NCBI GenBank assembly: GCA_002269645.1
Contig: NIVC01000201.1
Coordinates: forward strand, 558,001-622,000
DNA: 64,000 nt
Direction: 5' to 3'
DNA from: Macrostomum lignano
Lineage: Eukaryota
A program made the position numbers and the translations under genes. Positions within the stretch are counted from its first letter, which is position 1, and each line of letters opens with the position of its first letter. The notes below the pieces were generated by a model, which was not told the DNA's origin, made no database searches, and saw only the letters and a list, made by a program, of their open reading frames with translations. Of the stretch, positions 1-11,060 are shown piece after piece.

Positions 1-1628
1 ATTAAGCTGCTGTACTACCATTGGGAGATAAGCTGTAGAATTAAGCTTCTGTCTGCCGCACCAGTAGCCGCAGGTCACCACGCTGTTGGCTTTCAGGCGG
101 TCCGGTATCTCCACCACGGACAGGTACACAGGACAGATTTCCATGACGGAATGGCGGAATGCCTGTTGCAAATAAAATGAAGCTTCGAATTGTCCGACTG
201 TAATTAATTTGTCGCATCGTTTAACCATCCAGAACATGGGACAAAACTGCAACAAAGATGGCCCCCTTACTCGTACTTACCGGAAATCCGTCAATGCAAA
301 CAACGTAACTCAGGTCCTGTCGGGAGTCCAGAGAAATGGAACTCTTAAATTTGCAGTACCCTTCAGAAGAGCCGAGTCCAAGAAAACCAGGCTCGCACTT
401 CTGGTCTGCGGGGAATACGACTTTCTGAAGCAATCCTTCCGCTTCTATCTGCAACTGAAGCTGCTTACGGACGTCCATCTGCCAGTACGTGCAGATTTTG
501 TCCGGCGTCAGTGCAGCTGTGCAGTTTTCACAGACAGTGTCAGCTGTATCCACTCGAGCGAGGCACTTCAGGCAGAAATTGATACATTTGGGTTTCCGTC
601 GACGCACCCCTAAGGCCTGGCGCAACAGATGCTTCGACGTAGGGATGCACCCACCAGCAGGCAGAGTCTCGTCAATCAGAGCCAGGACAGCACGGACGAC
701 GCTACCATTTAAACCGTACCTGGTAGATGGATAGATAGATAGATAGATAGACAGATAGATAGACAGCACGGATGACACTACCATTTAAACCGCACCTGGT
801 CACAATTTTCTGCATTGCAACAGCAAAGCTCCCGTACGTATGTCCACTTCCTGGGCACACGGGATCATGCAGTCTCGGATGAGCTTCGTCATCGGAACTG
901 CTGCTGCTGCTGCTGCTGTTGTTGTTGTTGATGCCGGCCCCGCTGGGTCACCTGGTCAATGGGCCTGCGGGAACGGTCTGACTGCAACATGGCACAGCCA
1001 GCCGTCAATGCCCCGCTCACCATAGGACAGGGGCCTTGCACCACCGCGTCGCCGCGTGAGTGTGCAGAGGGCATGTCGGTGAGCCTGCCACCAGGTCCAC
1101 CAGGGTCAACCCCAGCAGAGGGGCCGGAATTCCAGCTTTCGTGTCCGTGGCCAACGGACCTTCCACCCCACGCCTGACAGTCCAGCACTGGCGGCCAGCC
1201 CCGATGGGGTCTAGCCAGTGTCTGGAGCTGCTCGGAGGCCTGCTGGATGTGAGGCTGCTGCTGCTGCTGTTATTATGGAGGTTTCCGTCGGACAAGGGTG
1301 CAGCCTCCTCGATATTTACGTCATCCTTGACGTCACCCCGATGGTCTCCGTCTCCATCATCATCCGACCATCCTGCCTCCTCTAACAGCACATCGGGGGA
1401 ATCCGTCTGCTCAACCTCCATGTGGACAGTCGGTTCAGCAGCACCGTGGTCTCCAACGGGGACAGCAGCCGCCCCATTATGGGCGTCCTGTCGCTGTTGA
1501 GCGAGACGCTCACGACGCCTTCGTTGTCTAAGTGCGTCACCACGACGCAACCGTCCTGTTGGGTCGGCATCAGCAGCTTCGCGCTCCCTGCGCCGATAGA
1601 CCTTTCGCTGGGCCGCCCTGTCAGCCAT
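1..1628 (-). CDS. CACTA/EnSpm (Transposase_21-type) transposase, N-terminal part, spliced; runs off the left edge
   Basis: Proposed exons 1628-1021, 942-796, 719-281, 162-<1, with GT-AG junctions that keep frame. Translation includes PVCPGSGHT, CxxC...CxxC (CLKC...CENC) and DGFPAFRHSVMEICPVYLSVVEIPDRLKANSVVTCGYWCG, resembling the DG(V/I)PxFKSS..WP(I/V)YL..ELP..R...N..LxGLWxG block of CACTA transposases. The 942 acceptor is the weakest junction. Confidence 0.8.
724..766 (+). repeat. (GATA)n/(GACA) microsatellite between two copies of a ~38-bp duplication
   Basis: Direct reading: tagatggatagatagatagatagatagacagatagatagacag, flanked by near-identical gacagcacgga(c/t)gac(g/a)ctaccatttaaaccg(t/c)acctgg copies. 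Confidence 0.95.
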
Positions 1629-2110
1629 AATAGCGCTGCAGACATTTTCGGACAAGTATTTTGTGATGAGGTGCGTGTTAAATAAATAGGCTACTACTCT
1701 AATCTGCCAGTGTTCGTACAACAAATACTAGCTACATTGACAGAAGGGTACGAAAATAATTGAGACGACGATACACGAGAATTCAAAAATCCAAATGCAG
1801 TCCAAAAACGTGCGTACACAGCTATCTGTATATACTTGCAATCTGACACTGGGAACCGAGAACCACTAGTACTTTGCGATCTTATACTGGGAACTAAGAA
1901 CCACTAGAACGTAGTTGAATCAGGATGTGGCACTCGTAATTGTTGCACATTTTTGAAGGCTAGCTTGTTTACGTGTGTACTCATACGATGTTGAAGCTTT
2001 AATTCCTGTTTAATCTACATCAGTCTAGTGGTCCTTGGTACAAACTGCCATATCACCCTGGCATCCACCGGCGTCACATACATATATACACTCATGAACG
2101 GAGGTAGCAG

Positions 2111-3113
2111 TTATTCCTCATTTGGAGTACATATTTGGAGTACGCTGTCTAGCAGGGCAGACCAGTTAATGGGATCCGGAGTTGGCTCGTCGTTGTTTGA
2201 AACAGTCTGGGCAAGGGTGAGGACCGGGTCGTTCACCTCGTCCACGTCGAAATCAGAAATCCCGCTGGTTAAATCCGAGGCTGTTAGAACGTCATCCAAC
2301 AGAGCAGACCAATTTATGTCACCACTCATTTCAATTTGCCAGCTGTAAGTCAAATATGCAGGTGACAAACATGTACAATAGCGTCAACGTTCGCTACATA
2401 TCGCTACACAAGGCTACACGACATACACCATACCAACCTCAGCAGGACCTCAACAAGATCTAAGCTGGGAACAGCCTAAACAGACGCTGCATCTACACAT
2501 GCGCACTTTTACGTGTACTTGCAGTAGAATGTTATTTAACCACACAAAAACTACACGACGATGGACGCCAACATACAAATTGTGTTTTAAACGTACATGT
2601 ACAAGTAGTTCGTTAACCCCGCTGTGGCATGCGCACTGGTGCAGGAGGGGGTGGGGAGGGGGGCGGAGACGGTGGAGGATTGCGACGATGCGGGAGCAGG
2701 GGCATTCTAAAAAAATCTTCGCCCAGTTCATCATCTTCTTCTTCCTCTCGATCCTCTTCTTCTGCTGCAGCTTGTCGCTGCCTTTGAAGCTCCAGCACCT
2801 CCTGCTGCCTCCGCACGCCTATCTGCTGGTACTCTAGTAGCTGTTGCTGTCGCTGCAACAGCCGCTGTTGCTCCTCGAGCAGCCGCTCTAATGCAGCAAG
2901 CCTGTCTTGCTGCTGCTGCATGCTGGGGTTCTCTACATTTAGTGGCTGTAGTAACTGCTGCTGCTGATGAAGGTTGACCTGCAGCTGCTCAACTACCAGC
3001 CGCTGTCGCTCCCCAAACTCTTCCCGCAGGTCCTCCAGATAAGGTATCACAACCTCCGGTGCCTCGTCCTCCATCACGTCCTCCTCTTCCTCCAGTTCAT
3101 TACGTGGATCCAT
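2111..3113 (-). CDS. Orphan acidic/Gln-rich coiled-coil protein, proposed 3 exons (248 aa), probably a cargo or accessory gene of the CACTA element
   Basis: Proposed exons 3113-2637, 2475-2438, 2342-2111. Donors CCA|GTGCGC and AG|GTTGGT, acceptors TTTAG and TTACAG; phases are compatible. The C-terminus carries INWSALLD twice. No family recognised. Confidence 0.45.
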
Positions 3114-3362
3114 GGGTACCTATATAGCTGCAAAAAGCAGCTGCACAGTAGTATTGTTGTCCTGATTACATGTCCCCCCACAAGAGGCTATACCAGACCA
3201 TTATTTATCAACTATTTGCAATCTAGCTGAGGAACTTCTCTCACTTCCCTAGTTAAATTGGTGTAGACGAATCAAGCAGCGGAATTACATGTACACATGC
3301 AACGAAGCCTTCGTACGTAGGATAAAATGAACAACGCAAGAAAAAAGTAACACCGATCAGGA

Positions 3363-3724
3363 TTAAAAAGCACCTCAAGTGCTGGCAGTTGCCAAACTGG
3401 CTAACTGTAGGTATAAAACATTTTGGAGCAAACAGCTCATTTCTAAGTTTGCATTAAAAAGCACCTCAAGTGCTGGCAGTTGCCAAACTGGCTAACTGTA
3501 GGTATAAAACATTTTGGAGCAAACAGCTCATTTCTAAGTTTGCATTAAAAAGCACCTCAAGTGCTGGCAGTTGCCAAACTGGCTAACTGTAGGTATAAAA
3601 CATTTTGGAGCAAACAGCTCATTTCTAAGTTTGCATTAAAAAGCACCTCAAGTGCTGGCAGTTGCCAAACTGGCTAACTGTAGGTATAAAACATTTTGGA
3701 GCAAACAGCTCATTTCTAAGTTTG
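3363..3724 (+). repeat. 91-bp tandem repeat, 4 near-identical copies
   Basis: The unit TTAAAAAGCACCTCAAGTGCTGGCAGTTGCC...TTCTAAGTTTGCA restarts at 3363, 3454, 3545 and 3636. Confidence 0.97.
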
Positions 3725-5131
3725 CGTTTAGTTTCTCTTGACATAAAAATTCTTCATACATCACACTGAAATTCAAACGGTACTACACTCTTCACCTCCG
3801 TGTAATATACATGTTCACCTACAGTCTACAAGTACATTTTAAAACGCACCAGAAAATCACAACAGATCAGACACCTAAAATAATTGCTAACGGAATGACA
3901 ATGTATTTGGGAAGCAAATAGAAGTTATTAATCTTCTCTGCAACACGCTTCCTGCACCGTACAAACCGTAGTCCAGTTAATTGAATGTAGGCGTCGGCAT
4001 TCGACCAGTGACAGTTGGAACAGACCCCGCCGCTGAACAATAGCTGCAAAAGTGAGCAAAAAGGCTTTTTAGAAAGCAATATACACTCCGTTTTAGCCTA
4101 CTGAACTCTAATTGCACTAACTAGCCTACTGAGTTAGTAGAAAGTTTAGCGCTAGTACAACGATTCTTAGACGATTTTTTCGCGACTCTTTTACGCTTCT
4201 ACAACTCACGTGACGCGCTTGTGATGCAAGAGTCACTTCTCCGTCGCATTTGACGCGTTTGAGTCGTTAAAAAGTCACAAGAGTCGCCCCAGACGCGCTA
4301 GAGTCACTAGAGAGTTGTTTGCAACGACTTTTTAGCGACTCTTGTCACGGTATCGTTTTCAACGGGCAGTCTAGAAGTTATTGGGTTCAGCTGTCAAAAA
4401 AACTAATTTTGGTCGAGTTCGAGAGGCACACGGGCTGTTTTAAAAATGAAGCGATGTGGTCAGAAATTAGTAGAACAAGTTAGTCATCCACAGTTTTAGC
4501 CAGTGGACTCTGCACCAAAATTATATTTGCTTGCTAAGCAATTTCAATAATGATATGCAATAAGTAAGTGGATTTGGCATTTCAAATTCATCTGATTTAT
4601 ATAGTGGCTATAAATGAAGTAAAAACAGACAAGAGCGCAAATGTACTCTTATTTACACAGACAAATTGCGGTAAAATTATATCAGCAACAATGTACATGC
4701 CGCAAAAACTAATATTAATTGGAATTGTGAGAAAGTCGGGCGAGTCTGTAAATATTGGTGAGGCATAAAATACCGCTTCGCTGATACTGCTAGTGGGAGG
4801 AATGTCTTGCAGTGTACAAAAAATCTAAAAAAGCCTGTATTTTTAGTGCTTGCGGTATGTAAAAAACTGTTGTACACGTATTCTTGTATAAGAAATATAT
4901 TCCACTTATGTACACAGGCTTTGGCGCAGTCGGGCATCCGCTTTGAAATTGAGCCAAATATTACCCTTACAACAGATTTGCCGCGTACTCCTCTCTCAAC
5001 GAAATGCTATCCGTGGGTGTGCAATACATTTGCATCACATGCAAGTAAACGCGGATTGCACCAATGTCCATGTTTGAACTATAAAGTCACATTACTTGTA
5101 CACGCTATCTGGAAGCTGGCAGAATTGGTAA

Positions 5132-6190
5132 TTACTGATGCTTCTTCATGTGCAGCGCCAGGTGGTCGGAGCGGGAGAACGCCCGACCGCACAGGCTGCA
5201 CGGGAACGGCCGGTCACCGGTGTGCTTCCGGTAGTGCCGGGTCAGCTCGTCCGACCGGGCGAAGCGCCAGCCGCAGCCGGGCCAGCCGCACAGGTACGGC
5301 TTTTCACCTGTGTGCGTCCGCAGGTGAGCCTTCAGGTGCGAACTCTTGCTGTAGGCCTTGGCACAGCTGGGCTCCGGGCAGATGTGCAGCTGCGGCTGCT
5401 GCTGCTGCTGAGTGCGCCTACCGGATGCCGTCGGCGTGGACTTCGGCTGTCTGGGTCTTCGGCACTGCTGCTGCTGTTGCTGCGGCTTCCGCTGCTGTTT
5501 CTGCTTCTCCTGCAGCCGAAGAATTTCCTCAGCCTGCTGGGTGCTTGGAGCGAACAGAGACACCGTGGCAGCCGCAGTCACCGAGGTCCGGCCGTTGATG
5601 ATGCACGTGCCGCTGGCTGGCTGGTGCTGGAACATGTAGCCAAACTGACGCTGCTGCTGCTGCTGCTGCGATTTCGACACCGAAGCTGCCGTTTGCTGCA
5701 CAGAGTGGTCGATGATGAAGTCCAGGTCCAGCAGGCTCAGGTCTGAGCTGTCCATTGAGCTCCTGTGCTCATCGTCATCGCAGTCTTCCGCTTTGACAGC
5801 TGAGAGCCAAGCCGCGGCTGAGTCTAGTTGAAAATTCTGGCAGCTGTGAGACAGCACACTGTCGCTGGCCGAGGCATCCAGGCCGCTGTGAACGGAGCCG
5901 GTGGACTCCGGACTGTGCCGGGAGCTGCCTCCGCTGAAGTAGTTCTCCAGAGATGACAGCGGTGACTGGGGCAGCTGCAAGTTCAAAAACAGTTCGGAAG
6001 AAGGCTAGTTAAAGTGGAAAGATCGTTGCCGATCAATCAAGTCACGTGTCACACTGCACGGCTATCAATTACTTACCGTTGTCGACGATCGACAATCGAA
6101 ATCGAACCAATCCGCGAATCCGTCGATGTCGCTGACGGTGACATTGGTCGCAGTTGGTGCTTCAACAGACTGACAGGCATCTAGTAGCAT
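5132..6190 (-). CDS. klf: Kruppel-like factor, KLF1/2/4 group (328 aa)
   Basis: Exons 6190-6077 and 6004-5132 (72-nt GTAAGT...CTAG intron, phase 0). Three C-terminal C2H2 fingers: [71 protein letters not shown]. Confidence 0.97.
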
Positions 6191-6330
6191 TGTTCCAGGC
6201 TGACTGTTGGGTAAATCAATTGCCGTGACGCTCTGGCGATAAGGACGATCAGTAGAGTAGAAGTCGAAGACAATTTGGCGAGAATTGCTAGCGAGAGCTT
6301 TGCCTCGGCTATCAGAGCAGAGCTCGGCTG

Positions 6331-6453
6331 TTTTATGCAGAGCTCGCGCCCTGCTCCCATTGGCCAGCCGGGCTCGCCTGAGCCGTCGGCATTGCCAAAT
6401 ATGGCTCGGCCCGGGCTGACAAAGTGTGCTATTTTTAGAATCAGTATATAAGC
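6331..6453 (-). promoter_or_regulatory. klf proximal promoter module: GCTTATATAC, MEF2 site, CArG box, CCAAT, TATA-like
   Basis: On the minus strand: GCTTATATAC (6453-6444), CTAAAAATAG (MEF2 consensus, 6438-6429), CCATATTTGG (CArG, 6404-6395), CCAAT (6363-6359), CATAAAA (6337-6331). A second perfect MEF2 site, CTAAATTTAG, lies at 7162-7171. Confidence 0.7.
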
Positions 6454-7374
6454 TCTGCTCCGGCAGAGGGGGGAGCAGAGTGAGGCAGACGGAGCAGAGG
6501 GGACGGAGCGTGAGAGAGAGAGGGGCGCTCCTGCAGTGCATGCAGTGTTTGTAAATGTCAATGAAAGCCTGTTCGTGCCGAGTTTACCGAGACGGCATTC
6601 GTTTTAACACTGGACTGGGTAGAGAAAAGTGCGCCAGAAACTGCCATTTGTTTCAGCTGAGCTTTTAAAGCAAAAAGTGAATTTATTTGCAGCAATCAAA
6701 CAATGCTCAGTGCTAAAAATGTAGCACACTTTCCCACAGTCCACTTTTGCGTTACTTTTGTCCTGAGTTCTTCAATGTTCCAAAGCGTCAATGCAAAATG
6801 ATTTCAATTTCTAATTGTTTTCAAAAAAGTTTCCATCTAAATATTCACCAAGAAATACTTGAGCAGTGCAAGTGCAACCTTTTACAGTCGCGATAAATTT
6901 GCGTAGATATGCTATGGAAGAAGCAAAACGAATATAGATATGATTTCTTACCTTATTTCAACGCCGGGCCTCAGTGCCTGAGCTGGTTTCTGAGCGTACC
7001 AAATGCCAGCAATGCGCAGCAATGAGATAACGCTCCGTTTCGATGCAATTGGACGCAATTCTCAAGGAAAGCCTGTGGGAACGAGAGAGTTAGGCCCCGG
7101 GCGGGCACGTGCCCAGCGCTCGCAAGCACTCACGTACGCTGCTGGAATGCAAGTTTTGTTTCTAAATTTAGCCCTAATTCTTGTCTAGCGCACAATGGCC
7201 TACATGGAGTCGCTTGTGTCGCGGTTATAACTGAATTCTGTGCTAAGATTTCGGCGAGATCGGTCACAATTGGCTACTCTCAGTAGGTGTGAGAGAGTAA
7301 GAAATCATCTGTATATTTGACGGGTTTTAGCACATTCGATCTTCATGAAATTCTGCAAGTCAATGTCGATCACC

Positions 7375-7850
7375 CCTCTCTCTCTTTCTCTATCTGCCTC
7401 ATCCGCCACCCTTCACTGTATCCGCGTTAGTTCTGCATTCACCATGAATTCATCGCCTTCCTTCACTGCCTTCTCTGCCTTCCTTCACTGCCACCCTTCA
7501 CCGCTTTCTCCACCTCCCTTCACTGCCAACCTACACTGTCTTATCCGCCTCCCTTCATTGCCTTCGCCGCTTCCCTTCACTCCCACCCTTCACTGCTACT
7601 CTTCACTGTCTTCTCCAAATCCCTTCACTCCCACCCTTCACTGCTACTCTTCACTGTCTTCTCCAAATCCCTTCACTCCCACCTTTCACTTCCTTCTCTG
7701 CCTCCCTTCTCCGTCTCCCTTCACTGCCTTCTCCGCCTCCCTTCACTGCCTTCTCCGCCTCCCTTCACTGCCACCCTGCATTGCTTTCTCCACTTCCCTT
7801 CACTGCCTTCTCCGCCTCTCTTCACTGTCATCTCTGCATTTCTTCCTTTG
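7375..7850 (+). repeat. Degenerate CT-rich minisatellite built on CCTTCACTGC
   Basis: Recurrent ccttcactg(c)/ttctccgcct motifs, including two exact ~45-bp copies at about 7570-7680. Confidence 0.85.
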
Positions 7851-9161
7851 AGCAGCTCCTTCAAATTCCGGACCTGCCTTCAGTTCACTTCGTTCACAAA
7901 TCAATTTTAGGCAGCAAAAACCAAGGGAGCTATTCTATACGGCAAGCCAGTTATTTGATTAATTCCTCAAGTTGTTTTCCACGTATAATTTCTTGCCAGG
8001 TAATTTTTTCATGAAACAACATCGAGTCATCAAATTATGAAAATGTCAGGCAAAATCAAGTTTCACTTTCTTAAGCAGCAAAACAAGTCAAGAAAAATAC
8101 ATAGCGTAGAAATCTGCGATAAAAATGAACTAATAATAGACATCTCAATTAAAAATCATGTGACAAAAAGCAGCAAGCAGGAGCAACACAGGAAATTCAG
8201 GCAACACACAGAACAGGACAGCTGATGAACATCAAAATCAGGGCATAAAGTTCTCGTGGCTAACAAATATTTAATGCCACATTACGATTGCCATACGGTA
8301 CGAACAGTGCAGCGTTGCGACAGATATCGAATTTCTGCTAATTAATAAAAAGTAACAAAGCAGAGAAACAGACGGCGCTACAAAGACCCAGCAAAAACTT
8401 TCGAGGCTCGGAGACGCGAACGAACTGTTTGAACTAAGAAGCAATTTGGAGAACACGCATTCGACAACGCAAACGACAGGCATAGCGCCAAGGTCCGACG
8501 CGGTGCAAGCGGTTTCAAATGGTTGCAAAAAACAGAAAGCAGAAAAACAACAGACAGCAAAGAAATTTTGTCCATTTGTGTTGCTTGAAAAAGCATTTCA
8601 CAAAACCGATATTTTTGGCGATCAAGCGTCAACAGAATCCTGTCAATCGTTCGCAATACCGACTTCAATTGGAGCGTTTGATCTGTCAGGCTTTGATTTC
8701 TTTCGAGCAGACGCCAGGTCAAGTAAAAAAGGTTCACATTTTTGTTGCTTTTTTGCTTTTTTGCTTTTTTCTTTGCCTTACGTCGTATTTTGCATATTTG
8801 CCGCAATAGGAACTCGCCGAAGACCGCAACGACGGGCAGAAAAGAATCAGATTATTGTTCAAAATTTTCCTTGTAACAAATGACTGCTTTTTATTTTTTC
8901 TGCGCGGGTGCTGAAAAGATCTGTGGCGAACTTTTTCTGTTCGTTTTTTGCTGCTTCAGTTTTTTTCGTTCTTTGCATCGCCGTAAATTTTTTTGCCGGC
9001 CTCGGAGCCGCAGCCGGCGCGAGAGGCGAAGACGCTGCAGATTTTCTTCAGGCTTTTCGGATGAGCCAATGAGGAATCCCGGATTGGAGCAACGGTCAAA
9101 ATCGTATTGAAGGCCTGGTCAGGGTTTCGTTTTGCAAAATGAATTCCAGGCAGAATGACTC

Positions 9162-10579
9162 TCAAGACTCGAGCAGGTTGATGAGCGGCAACTGGGAGAA
9201 GTCGTTGCCAGGATGTCGCTGGTGGAAGCGGAGGAGCTCGCGGTCGCAGAGCAGCCTCGCACCGCTGACGGAGGCCCTGATGGCCAGGCACTCGTACGAC
9301 AGGTCGGGCAGCGGGCTGTTCGGGTCGGCCGACATCTCCACGATTTTCCTCACCAGCTGGTCGTGATCCACCTGTGTGAGAGAGAGATTGGCACGCGATG
9401 TTGCATGCGTTCATTTAAAGAATTCCTCCCCGAGTCTCCGAGCCAGCGAACGTAAAAATTAGCTCGGAAAAAGTGCGTGGGTGGAGTTTTGATTTGCGTC
9501 AGCAACTGCGGCTGTGCACCCCTGTGCTATCTGTTGAGCGACCTCTGGGCGCCAGGTGCAGTTATCGTGAAGTCTCGCTTGAAAAGCGCTGATTACTAGC
9601 ATTTTCTGTCTGTCCGCACCCCCCCCCCCTAATGCACTCTTTCATTCAAGCAGGTCGCTGCGTTATCAAACACATGACGCTTTTGCTTCACCTGCAGATC
9701 TTGTTTCGCCAATTCGAAATCTTGAAATCTTGTCAATTTGAATACCGAAACCCACTGAGTAACCCGCAGCTCACCTTGATCATGCGAACTCCGTTCTCGC
9801 AGCAGGCGGACACCAGCAGGGAGAAGAAGGCCCTGTGCAGCGGGTTGTTCCACAGATTCTCGGGCAGGATGCAGAACAGCAATGACTGCGGGCTGAAATT
9901 GGTAGCAGGTTCAACCAGATTAAGGCAATGAAGTTTGATGTCAGGATGATTGCAATAAATTTAGGTTTAAGTTCACAAGCATCCGGTCCAAGGTTTGCAT
10001 CGATTTTTTAATCGTCATCAAATCCTGATAGAGTCCGAAGTGACCCCGACCAAATCTGGTTGAAACTTGCAATCAAAGTCCTGATAGGTTCTGTCAGGAT
10101 TCTATAGTCTATTGCCGAATGATAAACCAAGTGGTGTCGAACACCAGTTCAGGTTCTCATTGAGGTTGCTCAGATTGATGGAGTTTGCAACCGGGTATCA
10201 AAGCGAGTACCAGAGCCAGATGATTGTGAACATCTACCCAATCATGTAGGCGCAAACTTACTCGTTCTGAACGGCGTCGATGACGTGCTTGAAGCCGCCG
10301 ATCAAGCGGCCGTCCAAGTTGGCCCGCGCGAGACTCTGCTGCATGAACGCGTTGACGTCGCTTGAGTGAGCCACGCCGTCGTTCACCATCGAGCTGCAGA
10401 GCATTTGAAAGCGAACTCGAATATTAAATTCAGTTCGAGCTTGCATTTAAAAAGCTCTCCTAATAATCGGTGTCGCGGGACTTTTACCTCGCTACAAATG
10501 GTGGCACTTACCCAGATCTGTCGGGCCACAGGTAGAACATGTTGCTGGCTGTATCCGCGCCGCCGGCGGCCTCGCCCAT
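9162..10579 (-). CDS. gadd45: GADD45 family protein (L7Ae/L30e/S12e/Gadd45 fold), about 175 aa
   Basis: Exons 10579-10512, 10393-10262, 9892-9775, 9371-9162, all GT-AG and in frame. ...VQNDPQSLLFCILPE...FFSLLVSACCENGVRMIKV...PLINLLES parallels GADD45 NVDPDNVVLCLL...FTLIQAFCCENDINILRV...PVINLPER. The start codon is uncertain (in-frame ATGs at 10630, 10579, 10540). Confidence 0.9.
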
Positions 10580-11060
10580 AAGATTGAGTCCGGAGAACGA
10601 TACGCAGCGGATGAATCGGCTGAGCCTCATGCAAGATTGGCGTTGCAGTCGGTTCAATGCTAGCAATAGTCTGCCGCTAATGCTAAGCTTGCGAACTTCT
10701 CGATTAGCCAAAGCTTCTCCGTGTCTTCGAGCAGAGATGATGAGCTGGCAAGGCTTGTTTAGTTTTGTTAAGGTTTGCAGGAACTTGACTCGTTAAGAAG
10801 CGACCCACCGGGAGCAGGTGGGCGTCTTTATTTAGTCGCACAGTTCTCGGACTTTCCATGGCAACACGCAGCGACTGCGCGTACACTGCCGGGCCTGGGG
10901 TGGTGGCGGAGGGACAGCGGAGAGCGGCCCTCGCTAGGACGAGATTTTAATCTGGGGGGGGGGGTTGCAATAGGGAGAGAAAATACTCTGGATGTGAGTG
11001 GGGGTGGGTGGGTTTGAATTTCTCTCTCTCCCCTAAAGCTTAATGTACATTTTGCAGTGC

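Larger units (their letters stand above)
1..4366 (-). mobile_element. CCC-terminated CACTA/EnSpm DNA transposon (right part; left end outside window)
   Basis: Contains the transposase. Ends in CGTTTTCAACGGG (4354-4366), preceded by clustered GCGACTCTT/AAGAGTC(G) subterminal motifs. The terminal ~170 bp match the right end of the TSD-flanked MITE at 36664-36914. That the whole 1-4366 span is one element is inferred. Confidence 0.6.

Noticed and set aside
1843-2035. CACTGGG / CCACTAG motifs as the transposon terminus
   Set aside because: They form a short local duplication with no TSD evidence; the terminus at 4366 is better supported by its match to the MITE.
3867-4079. 70-aa ORF with CxxC on the minus strand
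   Set aside because: No recognisable domain, a TTG start and no convincing splice partners.
4807-5746. Plus-strand ORFs overlapping klf (and similar ones over otopetrin, MARK and Gypsy exons)
   Set aside because: Antisense shadows of GC-rich coding sequence.
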